A stretch of DNA of 64,000 nucleotides, taken from the NCBI RefSeq assembly GCF_964204645.1, contig NC_134028.1, forward strand, positions 12,261,263 through 12,325,262, written 5' to 3'. Source of the stretch: Tubulanus polymorphus (Eukaryota; Animalia; Nemertea). A model generated the notes under the pieces. The model had not been told where the DNA came from. It did not search any database and saw only the letters and a list, made by a program, of their open reading frames with translations. A program made the position numbers and the translations under genes. Below, in pieces: positions 1-11,439 of this stretch; position 1 is the first letter of the stretch; the number at the start of each line of letters is the position of its first letter.

Positions 1-639
1 TATCATAATTAATCAATAGATCAGGTGCCGCCTAAATAATTGTTTGTTTCGTGAAATTTGTACAAAACTTTGCGACTTCGTCATGTCTTGTGACCCTGAA
101 AATACTAGAAGAATCATCGGTAAGCTTATAAAACGGCGAGGTCAACATAGTAACAACAACTTCGGGGATTGAAAAAAAAAACTCGAAAGAATTATTTCTT
201 ATACTGATGAGTTATACTGATGGGGAGTAGCGACCGTCATTGACACCGGTTATTTATCCATTCACTATCAAATGTGACGAGCCCAATAAATGATTGCGCA
301 TAGATTCGGCCTCTCAGCATTTAGCACAGCAGTTCCGAGAAGTGTTAAGACCGATCAGCGCGCGCGCTATCTAAAACCGGTGCTAGTACGATCAATATCT
401 ACAGGTATATACGTGTTCAGTATTACACAGCGAGTACCAGTATGTTGATCGAGCGTCGTCGTAGCAACGCGCTATACAGCGGCTTGAACTAGCGAGTAAC
501 GTTAATTATCTTTTAACCAAATTAGAGCACTTATAACCATCGGAATCAAATATAAACCAAGCTGCACCATCTACATCAAGTAGAGAATACCTGTGTGAAA
601 TTACAGAATTGTCGGTCCTCACAAACAGCTTAAATCGTG

Positions 640-654
640 TCATAAAGAAACATC

Positions 655-689
<35 letters not shown>

Positions 690-740
690 ATGACGACGAT
701 GCCATAGATGGGTTCGTCTGACGACGAAACCCATCAAAAA
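640..740 (-). mobile_element. HINE-like terminal fragment: (GACA)n microsatellite plus hairpin plus A-run
   Basis: (GACA)n at about 661-690, then GATGGGTTCGTC-tgac-GACGAAACCCATC and AAAAA; same layout as the ends of the other HINE families here. Confidence 0.55.
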
Positions 741-2355
741 AGAGAAAATATATGTTTTACTGATGCTTCTGTATTCCATTGCCCTAGCAAACTAATTAAT
801 GACCAAATATCGCGAGTTGCTAAATTACGTTAAAATATTAAGTTGGTTCGTATCATCTCGAAATTTCAGCATGGCCACCCTCAAGAAATGCTTTAAACGC
901 CTGTGCAATGTTCTTTCAAAATCATTGAAGAAACTGTTTTCATGCACAAACACGCATTGTAGCAACAGATAAGAAGACAAAGCAATTCAAACCCACCGTT
1001 CATATCGCTAAATCAGGTCTTTAATTATGTTGTTATAACTTTTTTCAGAAATAATTCAGTAATTGCACATTCACTATTAAAATAGCTTCAGGGACAGCCG
1101 AAAATGTGGAGAGCTCTCAATTGGCAAGCTGGTGCAGCCATCATTAATCGGTATTGCGCAATCGCAAGGCCAGTAAATCCATTGAGTAAAAAGTGGAGGG
1201 GTGGAAGATTATTATTTTCTCTTGATAGCTATAGTAGCAAACGATATAGCTGAAAGAAGTTTGTATTCCGATTCAGCAGGCATTCTTTTCCAAACGAGGT
1301 CCAGTCATGAAAAAATGAAGGTCTTTTTATTGGATATACATTGTGATTCGTTAATTCATCAGGAGAAACTGAAAACTTACCTCCCTCCCTTGTACATGTA
1401 CCGTACCTGATGACTGGTGGAAGTTAATACGCTACGGTTTCTTCAAGTATCTTGACGTCGACGGTACTCTTATTTCAAGAATCAGTGACCAAAGTATAAA
1501 AATGTAACGTGCTTTTCCGCCATTTGTTTTCTTAACAGTAATCGTCAATACACAGCTTGACATTTTACAAAATGGATCTATTTTAGCGAGGATCCACCTG
1601 TCAATCTACACAGTGTTGAGCGCATGCACATCTGCTAATGATTATTCATGATTTAGGTCATTCCAGGTCAAGTCATACTATATTAAAGGAAATTTTCTAA
1701 TTATCTAAAATTGTACAGCTTAGATCAATCACATCGCAACGAAATTCGCAAAATAGCGAGTGTTAGGCTATTTGAATCATCTGCAACAAGAAATACGACC
1801 GGGTCTATCACCGTTTCAAAATGTGGCTTGTTAACATCACTTTCTAGCAATATTGGCACAAGACCAACTAGACTGTTGGCAACCATAGGTTCGCTTAAAA
1901 TATTCAAATAAAATTCATATGATGTAACATATCAGAGGGTGGCTTAATATTGAGTCTTGGAAACCAAACAGCTTCCAATTAATGGCCGCGGAAGCTAAAA
2001 CACCGGGGCATAGTATTAGATCGTTTTAAATCCTGGAATTTACCAATACTATATTCACACCTTGACCTATACCTATACTTTGCAGCATAGTATTTTCAGG
2101 TCACAAGAAATTACAATTTATTACTAAGATGAAACAAAACATATGTTTCGTCTTGTAATATTGAGTTAGGGTTCTTTAGTTTTTAAGATATTGTAGTCGG
2201 CAGGTGCTGACATCTATAGGTGTAGTAAAAACATGGCTGCCATAAGTAAAAGTTTTGAGCGATTGGCTCTCTGAAGAAATCAGGCAAATTTTGTGCTTGA
2301 TGCTATTGTTTTGGTTAAAATGGTGTTCATAGCGTGTGGTTGGTGTGTTGGAGGC

Positions 2356-3521
2356 TGTTGTAATCTTTGTATGATATTCTCATTTTGAGCATTATTCAGT
2401 ATACAATATTAAACTGGTGTGTTCTGGATTTGTCACAGTGGTTTGGTCTTTTTGTGTTACTACAACAGCAAGTATTTCGAATCGATGATGAAGCGTTATC
2501 TACTCTATTCTGTGAAGTGGAATCCATATTGAACAACAGACCGATTTCAACAATTTCTAATGATCCAAATGATCCGGAACCATTAACGCCCAACCATTTG
2601 CTATTGCTAAAAGGTTCTGCACCTCTACCACCAGATTTGTTTATTGAAGCAGATACTTATTCTAGACGCCGATGGAGACAAGTCCAGTATCTTGCTGATA
2701 TCTTTTGGAAACGGTGGACAGGAGAATATTTACCGATTCTCCAATTACGTCATAAATGGAATAGATCCAAAAGAAATGTAGCAATTGGGGACCTTGTTTT
2801 GATCGTTGACTCAGCGGTTCGAAACTAATGGGTCTTGGCACGCGTAACAGATGTATGGAAAGATAAGAATGGTTTCGTTAGATCTGCAACTTTGAAAACA
2901 CCTACAACTGTTCTTCGTAGACCCATCACCAAGATTTGCCTTCTCTTAGAATCTAATACTGTGATTAAGTACTAGATTTAGTTTAGTACTTGTTAAATTC
3001 GTTATCTACAGATATTATTTTGTAATGTGTTGATACCATTTTGTAATGTGTTGATATATTTATCTTTGTTAATTGAGTTTCCTCAATTGAGGAGCGGGTG
3101 TGTTGTAATCTTTGTATGATATTCTCATTTTGAGCATTATTCAGTATACAATATTAAACTGGTGTGTTCTGGATTTGTCGCAGTTGTTTGGTCTGGATTT
3201 GTCACAGTTGTGTGCTCTTTTTGTGTGACATGTTATATAATCCTTCTCATATCCCTGCTTGGGGTTAGTCTATTGCTGTGCTTTGACACTGACTGCCTGT
3301 TCGTGTTATGGAAAATTTTTTAGGATTTACAATTTAGGTATGCTTAATATTGTCGTATTTTGAGAGTATTTTTTGGGCATTTGCAAGTTATGCGATGATT
3401 GTAACACTTTACTTATTTTATTTGCGTTGTAGTTAATCGCTAGTTGGTTGTCAGAAAAAGAATAAAAGCGCATTAACCATTGTATGAAAACAAAGACGAA
3501 TTCTTACTTCTATGACGAACA
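2356..3521 (+). mobile_element. Internally deleted BEL/Pao LTR retrotransposon
   Basis: Perfect GAGGC TSD (2351-2355, 3522-3526); 5' LTR remnant 2356-~2457 repeated at 3101; polypurine tract GAGGAGCGGG at 3089; 3' LTR 3101-3521 with TGTT...AACA ends. Confidence 0.9.
2475..2968 (+). pseudogene. BEL/Pao integrase C-terminus (DUF5641-type tail), with an in-frame stop
   Basis: [45 protein letters not shown], then *WVLARV..VRSA..RPITKICLL. Confidence 0.85.
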
Positions 3522-6500
3522 GAGGCTGAATAGTCGTCGTCGGTATGAGTAATGCAGTCGCCAGAAATATTAGCGATCAATTCGGATGTCCTGACCACCA
3601 CGTGGCGACGTGTCATGTGTCGTGACCAGCAGGTTGTGTGGTTTCAATGAATATCGTTAGTTCTAGTGCGTATTTGCCCCGTTGATCCTAAATCGCGTTC
3701 TCGTGTGTGCGCAGTCGTTCTTTTTATTCGTTAATTCCGTCTTATATCTTTCACATTCGGTTTTGGAAGCGAAGGCTAGGCAGTCCTCCGTGGTTTTGAT
3801 GTGAGAAGCGTTTCAGAAGTAAAACGCAGACTCAAGTTGTATTAGACTGAAACAATAACTGTTGTAAGTTTTATTATATTTCATGTTACAAATTATAAGT
3901 TAGAACTTGTTACAAAAGTCAATGTGTTTATTCCTTTCTTGCGTGGATCCAAGGATGGCTGGTATAAGTTTTTGGAGTATGAATTCTACTCAACAGTGAA
4001 CAAAATATGGCGATATTTGAAACAATTATATTCTCACCAGCAATGAGCATTTAACATTCGCACCTAGTCCATTGAAACGTTCGCCATTAATGGCTTTCCC
4101 ATAATTATTTTAGTAGTGCCGGAATTCCCCGTATATCCCAAAAACAGCTGATCACATTCGCTCTTAGAGACGACACCCCCAATCGAGGTCATTGCAATTT
4201 TATACGCAAGAGCTAAGAATTTTCCCGCCAAAAACAGTTTTTCGTTGAATTTAGACAAAGTTGACCATGTCATCGACAGAGGCTCGTCATGTCTTCAACC
4301 GCATGGATTAGACGTCGTTTTACCCGAGAACCAATGAAAAAAATGCTCACAAAAAAATGTACGCGATTTTACATAAATTGGCTAAATGCCTACCTCATAC
4401 TGCTGACAAAGGTAAACCAAAAATTTCACTATCCAATGCGCCCTGGTGACTCTCCTGAAACCAAAGAACTTGATACTCGTCACCATCATGAAAAATGTCA
4501 CGAGCTACAATTTGGCAATTGTGATAACAAAATCTGCCTAGGTACTAATATAATAAGGAACTAGAAAGAAATTTTTTAATAGGACGACGACAGAGAATAG
4601 AAATTAAAAGTGGAACTCAGGGTGAAGATGAGTTAGGTTGGTTGCTAAGGCTTACACACAGTAGTGCTTTTCAAACACATTTGCAAGCCAGGTCCAGACG
4701 AAGTTCCACTGTTAGACTAAGAGTTGAACATATAATGCAAGTTTAAGGTATTGCAGAGATTTAAGGCAAAACGGAGCAGTTAGCATCCCTGCAAGTTTGA
4801 AAACTAGAGGGAAAAATGTCCTGAGGCTCGAAATATTGTAAGCTTGATCAACAAAATCGTTGTCGGTATGGATTGATATTGCCTTACATACAATTAGAGG
4901 CGTTGAGAAACGAAGGTATCATTTTAGCCATCGGTGCATGTTTAATCAAAGTAATACATACCATGACCACCGGATACAGTCTGCTCTCGGCACAATCGCC
5001 AAGAACCCATGACATAGGCCAATGACCATGCAGTCCATGGGGTACAAGCTTCGCATCCATCTGTTAACACAGTAATTTGAAGCTGTTCACAGACTGAACC
5101 ATAGGCCAACTGCTAACTGTACCCTTAGGCCCTGGAGCTAGTCAAACTATCGACCAAGTGGAACAGAATGAATATTTACCAGCAGTCTCATTAGAATTCT
5201 TACATGATATCTTAAAGATTGATTATGGGAATCTTTGACTTGAAAAATGTTTGATAGATCAAGGAGAATGATACAAAACAACTACGATGAGGGTGTAGGC
5301 CGGTTACTGACGAGAAGCTTTTATAATCGGATGGGATATTTGTGAAAATATCCGAACGTGAAACTACTATGGCTACAGTCGAAATTAAAACTAGTTACTG
5401 ACGAAATTAAGTTACCGACTTAAAGGTTTTAATGGTTTCACAAAGGGAATTTTTTATAGTAAAAGTTATCGTGAATAATATTTCTTCTGCTAATTCAAGA
5501 CCATTTTGATATAACGAGCGTGTGGTTTGTAGCATACGCGCGACCCGCTCGGTAATGCGCATTATCTATTAATGATACATACACAGTGATCACTTTTATA
5601 AGGCGATATTGCCTAGGGGACTGTAACTAATGTTATCGACGCCCGCTCTCATCACTGCGCCGCAAACTAGATACACATAATCGGGCTCTAAAAACGAATC
5701 GCTGACGAAAAAGTCCAAAAGAATTAATGACGATAAATCATTTTACTAGTAATAGTAAGATAGTTTTCAGCGTTGCTCGACCTACGAGTATCGATTCAAC
5801 AGCAGCTAATGTTGAATCGATGTAGCACGTGTACTCGCCGAGTCCATATCACCAACGCGTAAACATTCAATTAATCCGCAGACACACACACCAAGAAAAT
5901 ACGGAAATTTCGGGCAATAAACGACAATACGGAAATAAACAACTAAATCATGGAATAGGCCTATGTAAAGTGCTATTTCAAAAATGTATGCGTGGCACTA
6001 TTTTAAGCGCGGACTAATACAGTTTTACTTCTAGACAGGGGTGGCGCTACTTTAGAGTTTCAATTTTTTTATTTCGGCAATATTTAATTAACCAAATAAC
6101 AAAAATTCACCATATATGAACTCAACCTTCTGTTTCATATTTAAGCGACAATGAAAGTTCCAGACGTGTACGTGGCGTTAAACGGACGTAATCGTTTGAC
6201 TTGACGGATTTCACGATAACAATAGGACGACGTGTACTACGTACCGTCGTCCTAAAAACTTACTTTCTGTATTATTCAACACCCCTGGTGACCTATACAA
6301 AAAGCAACGAACTTGAACCTCAACACAATCATAGAACATGCCATGAGCTACAAGTTTGTAATTGATTGCCGTTACAAAATATGCATATGTACAAATATAA
6401 TCATTCAAATGGTGGCAAGAAGAAAGAATTAGGTGCTTCCAAATTCCACGGGAGGGGATGTATCCTATGACAGTGCAAATAATTTTCAAATACCAAGGCA

Positions 6501-6644
6501 ATAAGTTAAAACTCAAAAAACCTCTCTCAACCTACCAAAGGGTACTGATGACACTATGATGGCAGCCAATTGTGTGATAATGGCTAATCAAATATACCAC
6601 CTCTCACATATTGAAGATCCCTTTTCGTAATACCAACCACTAAT

Positions 6645-7190
6645 TGCAAATACAGCTGCAGAGCAGCGATACTGGGTTTTCTGCACAGTCTTGTTTGTAT
6701 TTGTGATCTTGTCTGGATACTGTGTCGACCACGATCATGCTGACGCAGCCCCAGCATGCTATTTAAAATGAAGGGAATTTAAAATCCTGTTCACTGGTCA
6801 ACACGGTTTTATAAATGGAAGGTCTACAAACAGTTAATAGGTCTACTTTGAAACCATGGATGACTGGACCGGATGGTTTTTTGACTCTGGCAAATTGACT
6901 GTTAGCCTTAACTAGTCTTAATGGATTTCGAAAAAGCATATTTGATAATGTAAAACATCAGCGATTACTAAACAAGCTATTTGGAAACGGTATCAATAAT
7001 GGGTCGCTTAAATGGCTCAGCAGACTTCTCTGAATTAAAACAGGTGGCCGAAATCAAAGGAACTATCTCATCTTGGAAATAAGTAGGTCTAACTTGTGGA
7101 GTCACTTAAGGTAGTATCCTAAGTCGCCTTCTCTTCACTGGCCTGATAAGTGAGTAATTGAAAATATACAGGACCGAGTAAATTTCCAAA
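6645..7190 (+). pseudogene. CR1/L2-clade LINE reverse transcriptase fragment
   Basis: Degenerate MDFEKA(F)DNVKHQRLLNKL..GI...W and GVT*GSIL..LLF (for GVPQGS); an inverted related copy lies at 48885-49225. Confidence 0.7.
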
Positions 7191-7899
7191 ACGACCTGAA
7201 CAATGTGTCCCGTACGTGGTAAGAAAGATGGAAGATGAACTTCAAACTGAAGCAGGCATAATATGGATATTGTATGAAGAAATGCGATACGAAGAAAACC
7301 CAAGTTCATATCATATTTTTTTGTTCGAGTGAGAAGATTATCATGTTCCATTGTAGATTACTTTGACTATTACATTGCAGCGAAAAGACTATTAGTTCCA
7401 CCACACGTTTTTTTCTTTGGAATGAAAAACTTTCCGATCGAACAATGTATTTGTTCGAACGAATAACTTTTCCGACAAGAAAACTTTGTTCCAAATGAAA
7501 ATAATTCTGTTCAATATAACAATTTACTTATCGTTTCAATAATCGCAAAGAAGAATCGTATATAAATAAGTATATATGATGTATTCATATAACATGTCAT
7601 GGGTTGATGCTGTGATGAGTGCGTAGTATCACGAATAACTAGACTGGTACCAAAACAGGGGCTGGAGTGACTCCATAACCTTAAGAGGCGCAACCATGGG
7701 ACCAGAAGTGAAACTCAATTCCCGGGTTCTGGATGCATCTCATAATGGTAATACAAAGAGGTACACTCGATTTATATCGGAGAGGAATAATTTTCTTACA
7801 TATTGATAACTCATTTCAATTAAGTATAGAGTAGAACAGGTTGAGATAATGAACTCGGTTGAAATTAGCATACCATATCATACAAACACATACCAGCAC

Positions 7900-7968
7900 A
7901 TACACACACAAGCACATACACACACATACGTATACGTACATATACATGCACACGCACACATATATACG
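7900..7968. repeat. Imperfect (CA)n/(TA)n microsatellite
   Basis: catacacacacaagcacatacacacacatacgtatacgtacatatacatgcacacgcacacatatatacg. Confidence 0.8.
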
Positions 7969-8549
7969 TAACTACAACTGTTTTTTTTTTTAGTCTGGAC
8001 AACTTTATCACAGCTATTACTAGTGAGTTTGTCGGTTACAGCCTCAGCCTCACCCCCGGTCACCAACATAATCCATGTCATTGGTGTCATTACTTATATC
8101 AACAGTTCCAGTACTGTCATTATGTTTGCGATCATTGGCGATGCCATTAATGCTATTATCATTTCCGAAATGTCAGCTTGTTCTTCGTCAGCGTTTTTTG
8201 GCTCATTATGTAGTTGGTTGATTGTTGGTTGAGTCCAAATTCTATAGTTAATTATAGTTCTAGATAAAAAGATGACAGCAGTCAGCCAGTACTATGGGGG
8301 GCTGGCTGGATTTGTTTTGAAATCAATGGCATGGACGGTGACTTGCAGTTCTTCAGAGTCAATATGTCAAACACACTCCGTGAGGTGTAATAAGTGTCAT
8401 TGACCTGTTCTTAAACATAGTTCTGATATCATAATTTATCTTAAACTTTTATATCCGCATTACAATCCATTCATTGGTTTTGGCACCCAGGAATTGAGCT
8501 TTTCATGGGAGCTAACTTTTGAGACTCCCACAACAGTCAGCCATATTGA

Positions 8550-9010
8550 AATTTTAGCCATATATGTTTTCACAGTCCCCTGGTGGCAGTTGTATGAATT
8601 ATAATGCAGGCTGGCATATTATACAGATGTCTATACACTTATACTAAGGTATAATTTTCATAATGAACAAGCCGCATTACATGCGAACTAGGACTCCAGG
8701 GACACCATGCCCACTTGGGAATTCAAATGCTCAACAATCTAACCATTCCAATATTCAATATTCAATTTTAGCCATATATGTTTTCACAGTCCCCTGGTGG
8801 CAGTTGTATGAATTATAATGCAGGCTGGCATATTATACAGATGTCTATACACTTATACCAAGGTATAATTTTCATAATGAACAAGCCGCATTACATGCGA
8901 ACTAGGACTCCAGGGACACCATGCCCACTTGGGAAGTGGTTTCAAATGCTCAACAATCTAACCATTTCAATATTCAATGCCCCCTGGTCATATGGAATGA
9001 CCCAATGACA
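8550..9010. repeat. About 214-bp tandem duplication that includes a HINE-B terminus
   Basis: aattttagccatatatgttttcacagtcccctggtggcag... occurs at about 8550 and 8764, near-identical; each copy ends in aactagg..ccagggacaccatgcccacttggga. Confidence 0.85.
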
Positions 9011-9849
9011 TAGTCCTAGTGGGCTGTTGTGTTTACTTTTCATTCATTTCGTCCATCTGTGGGTCATTTCCAGTGTTTTGGATATGGTACCTGAATATTT
9101 TCCTTTTATTGCCTATACAACAGGCCCGTACCCAGAAGGATGCGAGTGCATCCCCACAAAAGAGAAGGTCCGCAATTTTAGCAATGAAAAAAATTGTCCC
9201 TAAGAATCTAAAACTGGTTGATCTATTTGCTACTCTGCACAGGAGTCGTGCGACTGCAAATTGTCTTATTGTAAAATTTTTTATTCAGTGTTTTGATGTT
9301 TTCTGATCAGAGTACCAGATATTGAAACCAAATGAGTGCTGACCTTGCATCAAAACTTAGAGCCTTCGTCACTTGGCTTTTACTGGCGTGGTTTAGGTCC
9401 ACTTGTAGTTTATATTGCACGCCTCTTAGAGGGCCCTGGGTACGGGCCTGTACTACACAGCAAACACTGCCATTTTTGTAAATCAAGCTATTTACTGAAT
9501 CAACCCACAAATATATCGGATAGAACACCATTGTCCATGGCGATTTTTTGTGATGTCATAAATGTGAATGTCAATTTTTATTATCAGATCTATGCTTAAA
9601 AATGAGGGGGGCCGCGGGAAAAAAAATTAATTCTTTTACACCTAGATATCAGAAAAGTTTGGCGGATCCGTAATCGAACTAACAAAATAATGGTGTTTTG
9701 AATCATTTAAAAATGTGTTTCAGAAGTGTTAATTTGGCCATTCATAGTGTTTTTTATCTTAAAGTAGGGGTGCATAGTGTTAGAGTCAGAGTTACTATTG
9801 ATATCTGGTCAGTATTAATCTGTAGTTTGAAATTATTGTCAATTTTTTA

Positions 9850-10550
9850 ACAACATACTTGTTCGAACAGAAATCTTTTAAGTACCGATAAGAAAATGTT
9901 GTTCGAATGAAAACAATTCTGTTCAATCAAACAATATGCTTTTTATTTGAATGAAAAGCTATTCATTCAGACCAAAAAATTAGTTCGAACAAAGAGCTAT
10001 GTTATTGTTCAAACGAGGAAGAAAATTGTTGAGCAAAAAACAATTTTGTTCGAATGATAGTTTGAATGAAAACAATTGTGTTTGACCGAGCAACATATAT
10101 TTTGTTTGAACGAACGCTGATATTTCACCTGTAAAAATTGACATTTATTCGTACGTAATGAATGAATGGACCTTCTGACAAAAAAAGGTGTCGTGCGAAA
10201 TAAATGAATGGTCCCTACAAAAAAAGTTTGTTGTGCGAAAACTATTTTGTTCAAAAGAAAGTCAAGTGAAAACAATTCTGTTTGATCGAACAATAAAACT
10301 TTTGTTGAAACAAAAAACTATTAACAATATACTTGTTCCAATGAAAAACTCAATGTGCCGACAAGAAAATTTTGTTCAAATGAAAACGATTCTGTTCGAT
10401 CGAACAATATACTTTTGGTTTGAACAAAACCGGACCAAACAAAATTTGTTCGGATGAAAACGATTTTTCCAAATTGGTTCCGTAGAACAAAGTAATATTG
10501 GTTCAGACAAAAAATTTGATGTTCCTATGAAAAGATTTGTTCGAACGTTT
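9850..10550 (+). repeat. Degenerate GTTCGAAC-rich dispersed repeat array
   Basis: Recurrent gaaaacaattctgttcgatcgaacaata and ttgttcgaac motifs; related to 7310-7540 (+) and 48340-48880 (-). Confidence 0.7.
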
Positions 10551-10769
10551 ACGTTACCAGCTTTGATATAGTCACTATGAGAATGAATGACAGCTTATTG
10601 GAAAACATATATAACACGTAGCTCATACATAGGCAGTGAGTCGGTCGGCCGTTTTTATCAAAAATGAAATTTATTTTAATGAATCCCAGAAAAAACGTTT
10701 TCACTCGGTACCTTTGAAGTCGGGTCGGTCGGGTTACGGCAAACAGACCATTAATATGGGATGGCCTAA

Positions 10770-11439
10770 AAATGATGTCACATATCAGAGGGTGGCTGAA
10801 TATTGGGTCATGGAAACCTCTTCCAATGTTGGCCGCGGAAGTTAAAATACCGGTACAGAAGAAATCGGTTATTAGATCGTTTTAAATCCTGGAATTTACG
10901 ACTACAATATTCAGACCTCGACCTATACCTATAGTTTGCTGCATAATATTTTCAGGTCACAATTACAATTTATTAAAAATTCTATCAAACAGAAAACACA
11001 GCGCTCATCTTCTGCTACGATTATTCAGCCTATTTTCATGTCAAACGCGCACGCGTTACAGCATCACCTTGAGTAGTGTACTGTACGAGCTTGTGTGTGT
11101 GTCGTGTAACACTCTGCGCGCACAGGTGGAGGCCTCGTGTAAGTGAATGTTCGCTTACACTTCAATGTCGATCAAAACAATCACCGGGTATTAAAATGAA
11201 ACAATACCTATGGCGGATGTGTGAAATAATTACATCCTCACCAGCAATGAGCATTTAAAATTCGCACGTATACGGCACCTAGTCCAATGAAACGTACGCC
11301 ATTCTATGGCTTTCCCATAATTATTTTAGTAGCGCCGGAATTCCCCATATATCCCAAAAACAGCCAATCCCATTGGCTCGTAGAGACGACGATTGGCTCA
11401 ATGCCAACCTCATATCGCTGACAAAGGTAAACCAAAAAA
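10770..11439 (-). mobile_element. HINE family A copy (partial)
   Basis: Colinear with the full copies; ends GACAAAGGTAAACCAAAAAA. Confidence 0.8.

Larger units (their letters stand above)
2144..4002 (+). mobile_element. Solo LTR (about 690 bp once the nested element is removed)
   Basis: TGTTT...GAACA termini; flanks ACATA/AAATA (4/5 TSD); HINE-A sequence resumes exactly on either side. Confidence 0.6.
1903..4423 (-). mobile_element. HINE family A copy (partial), split by nested LTR insertions
   Basis: 1903-2143 and 4003-4423 are colinear with the copies at 42167 and 55754. Ends ...GACAAAGGTAAACCAAAAA. Confidence 0.75.

Noticed and set aside
205-735. CTGATGA/CTGACGA hammerhead cores at about 205 and 718
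   Set aside because: No compatible stems; the 718 motif is part of a HINE terminal hairpin.
4600-5360. Very degenerate LINE RT (NYRP and FDL..FD-like traces)
   Set aside because: Motifs are too eroded to support a feature by eye.
7990-8250. Asn/Asp-rich coding-like stretch on the minus strand
   Set aside because: Needs a frameshift, has stops and shows no identifiable family.
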